Of a stretch of DNA of 64,000 bases, positions 58,002-64,000 are shown piece by piece. The first letter of the stretch is position 1. Each line of letters opens with the position of its first letter. Source of the DNA: Smithellaceae bacterium (GTDB taxonomy: Bacteria; Desulfobacterota; Syntrophia; Syntrophales; Smithellaceae); assembly GCA_963667845.2 (NCBI GenBank), contig CAXXVL010000002.1, positions 1,920,001-1,984,000 of the forward strand, in the 5' to 3' direction. Under the pieces are notes generated by a model. The model did not search any database. It saw nothing but the letters and a program-made list of their open reading frames with translations, and was not told where the DNA came from. The position numbers and the translations under genes are program-made.

Positions 58002-58427
58002 TCATTTATTTTTTTGTATAGAGCCAATCAAACCATAGTATTTATCATTCAATGTAGAATTCTCCCTCATGAATGGATTATCTGAGCATGCATCATCCTT
58101 TGGAATGCGTAGAAAATTAAAGGATACAAGGTTGCCATTAATAAAATTTCGTAGGCCAATACCCTCGTGTCTTGGAGAAGCTAAAAGAAATTCGCATTTA
58201 AGATTATTGTATGGAAATGGTTGTCTTATCCGCAAGAGGACGCTCTCTTTAACAATTATTTTATTGCCCATAGAATGAATTGTAATTAAGACTTGCTCTA
58301 TTATTGCTTCAAAAGGATTTCTTTCTTTGCCCTCACCAAAATTCCAAGGTTCTCCAATTGAAACCTCCACGTTCATCTTCGTAAGATTTTGAATTAGATC
58401 ATTTAGGTTAGTATCTACTTTTTTCAT
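58002..58427 (-). CDS. Cassette 2: hypothetical protein
   Basis: 141-aa AT-rich ORF exactly filling the space between attC1 and attC2. Confidence 0.75.
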   Translation of the reverse strand: MKKVDTNLNDLIQNLTKMNVEVSIGEPWNFGEGKERNPFEAIIEQVLITIHSMGNKIIVKESVLLRIRQPFPYNNLKCEFLLASPRHEGIGLRNFINGNLVSFNFLRIPKDDACSDNPFMRENSTLNDKYYGLIGSIQKNK

Positions 58428-58435
58428 ATATAGTT

Positions 58436-58491
58436 ATCGAACGAGAAAATCAGCCGGAGCGTAGCGATCGGCTGGATTGCCTTTGTTACAA
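58436..58491 (-). repeat. attC1 (56 bp)
   Basis: ATCGAAC-GAGAAAATCAGCCGGAGCGTAGCGATCGGCTGGATTGCCTTT-GTTACAA; extrahelical G in CGGCTG-G-ATT. Confidence 0.93.
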
Positions 58492-59388
58492 GTTTTTTTC
58501 ATGGTGTGTTTCAACTAGAAATATTGCCAACGTTGATGCAGCACCAACAGCCAATTTGGCATGTCTCGATCCCAACCCTTTTGAATTAGCAATCTTACCG
58601 TGACCAGTACCATAACTGTTTCTTAGTTCTGCTATGCCATTTGTAATTGTCGCCAAATTACTTAGAATGCGTTTTATGCTCTCTGCTGCTTTTGTCTCAT
58701 CTGGTATATCTTCCGGCGTTAGTTTTAATTCTTTGACTGTTGCTTTAACCAATTTGGGTAAGTCTGGATTACCTTCAAGTGTAATCTTGCGCTCTTCAAG
58801 AATCGTTTTGCATACAGTTTCTACTAGTTCTTTTGCCGTGCCAATGGCGAGGCGGGGATCATTTTCAACCGACGTTTCCATTCTTGTTATCTGTTCAAGA
58901 ACATAATTTGTGTCAGTACCATCGAATTTCTTTTTTAAAGAATCTACATGTAGGTTTGAAGATATAGCAATTTTTCTTGCCGCGAATACAGCCCGACCGC
59001 CCATTTTTGTTTTAGGTATAATTTCATAGCCTTCGTTGCGTAGCAGAAGATTATAATTTTGCCTTAATCTTTCAACCTCTTCTTGATTTGTTCTCACTAC
59101 AGGATGAATTGTCTCGCAAAGAAAACGAAGAAACATTTCATCCTCACCATGAAGTAAATTAAACCGTGTGTCTGAGAATACCCAATAGTCATCCCAATCG
59201 TAATTATTGATTCTATGCTGCCATATGTCACCATATGCATCAGAAAAGCGTCCATCACTTGATGGCATTGATTTGAGATCAAATAGACGAGCTAAAAAGT
59301 CTGGTTCTTCGAGTCGTCCGTTCCATCCAACTTTTTCGATTAAGATAGAATCGAAGATGTCTCTTCTTGTTGCTTCAGAAATATCCAT
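58486..59388 (-). CDS. Cassette 1: abortive-infection family protein (AbiJ N-terminal domain plus Abi_C)
   Basis: ISE.TRRDI..W.GRL.E.DFL.R.FDL..GDIWQH.INN.DW N-domain; AIGTAKELVETVCK..LRNSYGTGHG..HAKLAV C-domain. Confidence 0.85.
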   Translation of the reverse strand: MDISEATRRDIFDSILIEKVGWNGRLEEPDFLARLFDLKSMPSSDGRFSDAYGDIWQHRINNYDWDDYWVFSDTRFNLLHGEDEMFLRFLCETIHPVVRTNQEEVERLRQNYNLLLRNEGYEIIPKTKMGGRAVFAARKIAISSNLHVDSLKKKFDGTDTNYVLEQITRMETSVENDPRLAIGTAKELVETVCKTILEERKITLEGNPDLPKLVKATVKELKLTPEDIPDETKAAESIKRILSNLATITNGIAELRNSYGTGHGKIANSKGLGSRHAKLAVGAASTLAIFLVETHHEKNL

Positions 59389-59402
59389 TTCAATTTATCC
59401 AT

Positions 59403-59434
59403 GTGTAACAATTAATATACTGAGTTTGGCTTTT
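59403..59434 (-). other. attI recombination site (crossover G|TTACAC at 59409)
   Basis: GTTACAC just upstream of cassette 1 matches attC1 R'' (GTTACAA) at 6/7; not part of an attC hairpin; lies between the array and intI. Confidence 0.75.
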
Positions 59435-59450
59435 TACGAAATGTGTTGCA

Positions 59451-59478
59451 ATCCTACTCCTTTTGAGGCAAGATGCAA
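59451..59478 (-). promoter_or_regulatory. Candidate cassette promoter Pc
   Basis: Minus strand TTGCAT-N16-TAGGAT pointing into attI. Confidence 0.35.
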
Positions 59479-59568
59479 AGTGAAAAATCATCATAAAATC
59501 AGCCTGCTTGAAAAAAACGCGTTTGGCTTTTCAGGATAATAAGGACCAAAAGCCAAATTGGACTTTTT

Positions 59569-60882
59569 ATGGAAAATTTGTCCAATACAAAGAAATCGGA
59601 CGTTCTTCCGGAGTTTCAGGCTTTTCTTTTGGCGAAGAAATTGGCTTCGGATAAGAATGCCTTCTTTTATGCTCTCTGGGTGAGCAAATTTTTCAATTTC
59701 GCCCGCAAAAAGCAGCTGCCCGCGGATGCCTATCAGGAAAACGCCGTCATCGAGTTTATCGAAACGCTTAAAGCCAATCCAAATTGTACCGAATGGCAGA
59801 TCAGACAGGCTGGTGATGCAATTCGGTTGTATTATTTTCATTTTCGCGGTCTTACGTCCGATCATTCGTTGCCGGCAAATGCCGCCTGCTTTTTCCCCGA
59901 ACTTCTTAAAGAATCAAAAAGGCTGATCAGACTGAAGCATTATTCATACAGTACCGAAAAGACGTACCTGCAATGGATCAGCCGCTTTTTTGAATATACC
60001 AGCCAAACAATAAAAAAAGAAACGGCTGCGGCGTTGAATTCGGATGACTGCAAGAATTTCCTGAGTTGTCTGGCGATCAGGGAAAAGGTATCGGCTTCCA
60101 CTCAGAATCGGGCGTTTAATGCGCTTCTTTTCCTTTTCCGCAGCGTGCTTTGCAAAGATATCGACAATCTTTCCGACACCGTCCGCGCAAAACGTGGACA
60201 GAAGCTTCCCGTTGTGCTTTCCGTTGAGGAAGTCAAAAAGCTGCTGGGCTGCTTGAAAGACAGAGATCTGCTGATTGCCGGACTGCTGTATGGTTCAGGA
60301 TTGAGATTGATGGAACTGGTCCGCCTGAGGATTAAGGACATCGATCTGGATATGAATACAGTCACCGTGCGCAGCGGCAAAGGCGACAAGGATCGAACAA
60401 CTATTTTACCGGCTGCCGTTAAAGGTCAGTTGCAGGCGCACATGAAAGACGTTAAGCTGCTGCATGAACAGGATCTGTCACTGGGCCACGGTGAGGTTCA
60501 TCTCCCCGATGCCCTGATCAGAAAATATCCGAAAGCCGGCAGGGACTGGGCCTGGCAATATGTCTTTCCCGCAGGCAATCTTTCTGTTGACCCGCGAACC
60601 GGACGTGTCGGCCGTCATCATCTGAGCGATGCGACGGTACAGGCGATGATGAAAAAAGCAATTCAAGTTGCCGGAATTCCCAAGCACGCTACCGTACATA
60701 CGCTGCGCCACAGTTTTGCGACGCATTTGTTGATGAATGGCGTCAATATCCGCGAAGTACAGGAATTGCTGGGGCATAAAAATGTGGAAACGACGATGAT
60801 TTATACACACGTGCTGCGCGATATGTCGCACGCGCCGCAAAGTCCGCTCGACGCGCTTTTGGCTCCTGCGAAGCAGGTTTGA
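59569..60882 (+). CDS. intI: Integron integrase (tyrosine recombinase), long form
   Basis: GLRLME, GKGDKDR, IntI-specific insert LPDALIRKYP..W.WQYVFP..SVDPR..RHH, HTLRHSFATHLL, LGH, TMIYTH. Confidence 0.97.
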   Translation: MENLSNTKKSDVLPEFQAFLLAKKLASDKNAFFYALWVSKFFNFARKKQLPADAYQENAVIEFIETLKANPNCTEWQIRQAGDAIRLYYFHFRGLTSDHSLPANAACFFPELLKESKRLIRLKHYSYSTEKTYLQWISRFFEYTSQTIKKETAAALNSDDCKNFLSCLAIREKVSASTQNRAFNALLFLFRSVLCKDIDNLSDTVRAKRGQKLPVVLSVEEVKKLLGCLKDRDLLIAGLLYGSGLRLMELVRLRIKDIDLDMNTVTVRSGKGDKDRTTILPAAVKGQLQAHMKDVKLLHEQDLSLGHGEVHLPDALIRKYPKAGRDWAWQYVFPAGNLSVDPRTGRVGRHHLSDATVQAMMKKAIQVAGIPKHATVHTLRHSFATHLLMNGVNIREVQELLGHKNVETTMIYTHVLRDMSHAPQSPLDALLAPAKQV

Positions 60883-60979
60883 AGATATTCGGGGCAAATG
60901 GGAATTGCGGCAGCTCCGGGACGCAGAATTCTGCGCTTGCGGTTGAGCCTTGAGGGATGCGGCGGTGAAAAGGAAAGCG

Positions 60980-61537
60980 TCAGACGGACGCGGTCCGGAT
61001 TTTTTCCAGCCGTTCTTTCAGGGTTGATTGGACTTTGCGGTATTTCCAGGACAGAACGCTGAGTTCAAATTCTTCAAATTCCCGGATCAGGTTATTCTGT
61101 TCGTCCGGTGTGAAAGACGCGTACACGGGGCCGGAAAAAAGTTTGTCCTCTTTTGCGATATGGCGGGGATAAAATGTGGTCAATTCCTGCAGGCAGTCGA
61201 TCACGCCCTGAGGCGTGTCATTCCCGTCAAAGTATTCTTCCGCTGCAATCATCCATCTGCTGATGATGCCGCGGGAGTATTTGTGCTCCGCAATCAACTC
61301 GTTCAGCACTTGGACAGGCTCATCGGCAAGCTTCTTTTGCAGGAGCTTCCGAAAGAGGATATCTTCTTTTCCCTGGTGCACGAGGTCAGTATAGGTGCGG
61401 ACGAAATCAATGGAGGTCTCGATGGCCAAGAGATCGACCCGCTGCTGTTCCTTGATCTGCGCGATTTCCGCCTCAAACACATCCAGGGTGTTTTTGATCA
61501 CCCGGTGTTCTTCCATTAAAGATTCGATCACATTCAT
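60980..61537 (-). CDS. Hemerythrin/HHE cation-binding protein
   Basis: LMEEHRVI, VHQGKEDILF, EH, HIAKED; start set at ATG 61537. Confidence 0.85.
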   Translation of the reverse strand: MNVIESLMEEHRVIKNTLDVFEAEIAQIKEQQRVDLLAIETSIDFVRTYTDLVHQGKEDILFRKLLQKKLADEPVQVLNELIAEHKYSRGIISRWMIAAEEYFDGNDTPQGVIDCLQELTTFYPRHIAKEDKLFSGPVYASFTPDEQNNLIREFEEFELSVLSWKYRKVQSTLKERLEKIRTASV

Positions 61538-61726
61538 GGACTCTCCAGTGCCGTCATCAGGATTACACGCATGAACCTGTGTGATTCTTAATGTAAGAAC
61601 AACGGCCGCGCGTGTCAATAACTGTCCGCGAAATGTGGGAAGAACAAAGAGGGGCATGCCGTCCCGGATTCTTCAGACGGCATGCCCCGGCGGGTCAGAC
61701 AGACCGGAAAAAGGGAAGGTGTCCGT

Positions 61727-62431
61727 TTATTTCCTGGTAAGCCAGGTCACCAATTCTTTTTCAAATACACTCATCGCGTAGTCCGCTTCTTTTTGACGCA
61801 TCATCTGCTTCGTGGCCCCGTAGGCCGGGCCGTCGAGCCGGAACAAATCCCGGGCATAGGTTTTGGCAAGCTCCATTACGTCCTGTCCATCGCAGGCCAG
61901 ATCATCGATGATTCCCTTTTCGAAAGCTTCGCGGGGCGAATAGACATGCGAGTGGAGCAGGACTTCTTTCCACCAGCGCGGGGGAATGGATGAACGGCAG
62001 ATCGTGCTGATCCACGTCGGAATAACCATTTTGTTGGCCACTTCATTAATCTGGACTTTGTAGGGGCCGTCGGTGGCCATAAAGCGATCGCAGGCGAAAG
62101 AAAGAATGGCTCCGCCCGCAATGGAATGGCCGGTATAAGCGGCAATCGTCGGAATCGGAAAGAGATAAAGCCGCAGCATGGTATCGGCGAACATCCTCTG
62201 AAAAATAAGGGCCTCCTGCATCGTCTGGACGGCAAGCAGCTTCAGGTCCAGGCCGGCCGAAAAAACACCGGGCCGGCTCGTAAAGATCACGGCGGCCGCC
62301 TGGTCGGTCTGGGCCCGATCGAGCGACGCGTTGAGTTCATTAAAAAAATCCCAGTTCATCACGTTCATTTTACCGTCGTCCAGTTTGATCATGGCTATCC
62401 GGTCTTCAATTGAATACGTCATTTTTGCCAT
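61727..62431 (-). CDS. Crotonase-family enoyl-CoA hydratase/isomerase
   Basis: LDDGKMN, FSAGLDL, GHSIAGG, INEV. Confidence 0.9.
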   Translation of the reverse strand: MAKMTYSIEDRIAMIKLDDGKMNVMNWDFFNELNASLDRAQTDQAAAVIFTSRPGVFSAGLDLKLLAVQTMQEALIFQRMFADTMLRLYLFPIPTIAAYTGHSIAGGAILSFACDRFMATDGPYKVQINEVANKMVIPTWISTICRSSIPPRWWKEVLLHSHVYSPREAFEKGIIDDLACDGQDVMELAKTYARDLFRLDGPAYGATKQMMRQKEADYAMSVFEKELVTWLTRK

Positions 62432-62749
62432 TTGCTGATTCTCCTTTTTATCATGTTGTCTTCACGTCCGGCATACTAGCAGGATCGATATTTATGTCAA
62501 TGGTTAGATGCAAATTGGGCTCTGCGGCAGCTGATGCGGGTCGAGGCGGCATTCCCGAGGAGTATTCACCAGGGCACAAGCAGCCCGGGTGATAGTTATC
62601 TCCTGCGATTCACCATACATTTTTTCCCCATTGCTTTGCGCCCGGACGGCATTAATTAAATACTCGACACTCCAAAGAGTCGTTTTTTATGTCCGAAAAA
62701 GCGGCGTTGTCCGACTTCGCGCCAACCGTATTCCAGAAAGGAGATCGAC

Positions 62750-63790
62750 ATGAAAGCATTAATTTATCACGGCCCGGGAAAAATCGCCTGGGAAGAGAAA
62801 CAAAAACCGGCCATCACAAAGGAAACCGATGCCGTCGTCAAGATTCTCAAAACGACTATCTGCGGAACGGACCTGCATATTCTCAAAGGAGATGTTCCGA
62901 CCGTAACCCCCGGACGCATTCTGGGGCATGAGGGCATCGGCGTCGTCGATGCCGTGGGCGCCGCCGTATCGAACTTCAAAGTGGGCGACAAGGTGCTGAT
63001 CGCCTGCATTACGGCCGACGGGAAATGTCCCTACTGCAAAGTCGGCATGTATTCCCACTGCCAGGACGGCGGCTGGATGCTGGGCAACACCATTGACGGC
63101 ACGCAGGCCGAGTACGTGCGGATTCCCCATGCCGACACCAGCTTGTACCTGATGCCGCAGGGCGTGGACGAGGAGGCGGTCGTCATGCTGAGCGATGTTC
63201 TGCCCACGGGCTACGAATGCGGCGTCCTCAAGAGCCAGGTCAAGCCCGGCGATGCCGTGGCGATCGTCGGCGCAGGCCCGGTCGGCTTTGCCGCCCTGCT
63301 GACGGCGAACCTCTATTCGCCCGGACAGTTGATTGTGATTGATGTCAACGACTACCGGCTGGAGCTCGCCAAGAAGTACTGCGCGACGAGCGTGATCAAC
63401 AGCTCGAAGACCGATGCCGTGAAGGAGGTTATGGAACTCACCGCGCAGAAAGGCGCCGATGCGGTGATTGAAGCGGTCGGCCTCCCCGCAACTTTTGATA
63501 TTTGTCAGGCGATTGTGGCGCCCGGCGGCCGCATCGCCAACATCGGCGTGCACGGCAAGAGCGTCGAGTTGCATATGGAAAGGCTCTGGTCCCATAACAT
63601 TACGCTGACCACCCGCCTGGTGGATACGGAGACTATTCCGCTTCTGATGCGGCTCATTACAGCCGAGCAGATCTGCCCCCGGGAGTTGATCTCGCATCAC
63701 TTCGCGCTTTCGGCGATCGAGAAAGCTTACACCATCTTTAAAAATGCCCAGGCCGAAAAGGCCATGAAAGTGATGCTGACCGGCGATTAG
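62750..63790 (+). CDS. Zn-dependent alcohol dehydrogenase (FDH-like MDR family)
   Basis: TICGTDLHI, GHEG, GTQAEYVRIP, GAGPVG. Confidence 0.93.
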   Translation: MKALIYHGPGKIAWEEKQKPAITKETDAVVKILKTTICGTDLHILKGDVPTVTPGRILGHEGIGVVDAVGAAVSNFKVGDKVLIACITADGKCPYCKVGMYSHCQDGGWMLGNTIDGTQAEYVRIPHADTSLYLMPQGVDEEAVVMLSDVLPTGYECGVLKSQVKPGDAVAIVGAGPVGFAALLTANLYSPGQLIVIDVNDYRLELAKKYCATSVINSSKTDAVKEVMELTAQKGADAVIEAVGLPATFDICQAIVAPGGRIANIGVHGKSVELHMERLWSHNITLTTRLVDTETIPLLMRLITAEQICPRELISHHFALSAIEKAYTIFKNAQAEKAMKVMLTGD

Positions 63791-64000
63791 GCGATTCCCT
63801 GCGCAGGGTCTTGAGGGGCATGGATGTCTTCCCGTGCAGCCGCCGGGGCGATGACGGCACGGCAAAGCATCATCCCCTCATATTTTCCTTGCCTTTCGCT
63901 TGGTAGGTTTTCCCTCCCGATCGACCCACAATTTATTCTTATTGAATCCTCCATAGAGGCACCTTAAGTTATTTAAAATGCAGGACAATATTTCCTGCAG

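Larger units (their letters stand above)
47467..60882. mobile_element. Chromosomal integron: intI, attI and ~16-cassette array (left boundary fuzzy)
   Basis: IntI with the integron-specific insertion, divergent from co-oriented unrelated single genes each followed by an attC or attC remnant. Confidence 0.95.

Noticed and set aside
47467..58491. attC repeats considered as a CRISPR array
   Set aside because: Repeats are imperfect and separated by whole genes; no cas genes; an integrase is adjacent
62759..63865. 368-aa - strand ORF
   Set aside because: Antisense shadow of the alcohol dehydrogenase

Overview
Bacterial chromosomal window. The gene content (ADP-forming acyl-CoA ligase, three-gene PntAB, NtrC-type regulator, CFI-box-CTERM protein, small multiheme cytochrome, in-frame TGA codons at conserved Cys positions) suggests an anaerobic Desulfobacterota/Syntrophales-like organism; this taxonomy is inference. 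The dominant structure is a complete chromosomal integron. An unusually long IntI (59569-60882, +) faces away from an attI (~59403-59434) and a minus-strand array of about 16 single-gene cassettes separated by short (56-68 bp) attC sites. The seven attI-proximal cassettes have intact, self-matching recombination boxes. They include an AbiJ/Abi_C, an HNH and a HEPN-like gene, and one apparently foreign YjhP cassette with an aadA/aadB-type attC. More distal attCs decay progressively, with remnants possibly reaching ~42.9 kb. Two ORFs that the track ends at TGA are probable selenoproteins: a rhodanese (CxU) and a 2Fe-2S/BFD-like protein (UC). The left half holds a nosZ-less NosL/ABC cluster, a B12-radical SAM plus DarB-type KS III pair, signalling genes, and a probable copper module (multicopper oxidase divergent from a CxxC/RAPP leader peptide, TonB receptor, YHS and 4Fe-4S proteins, ExbBD-TonB). 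A ~56-bp promoter element recurs upstream of several operons, and there are several families of short repeats. No rRNA, tRNA, CRISPR array or transposase was recognised. All alignments were done by eye and no database searches were run.
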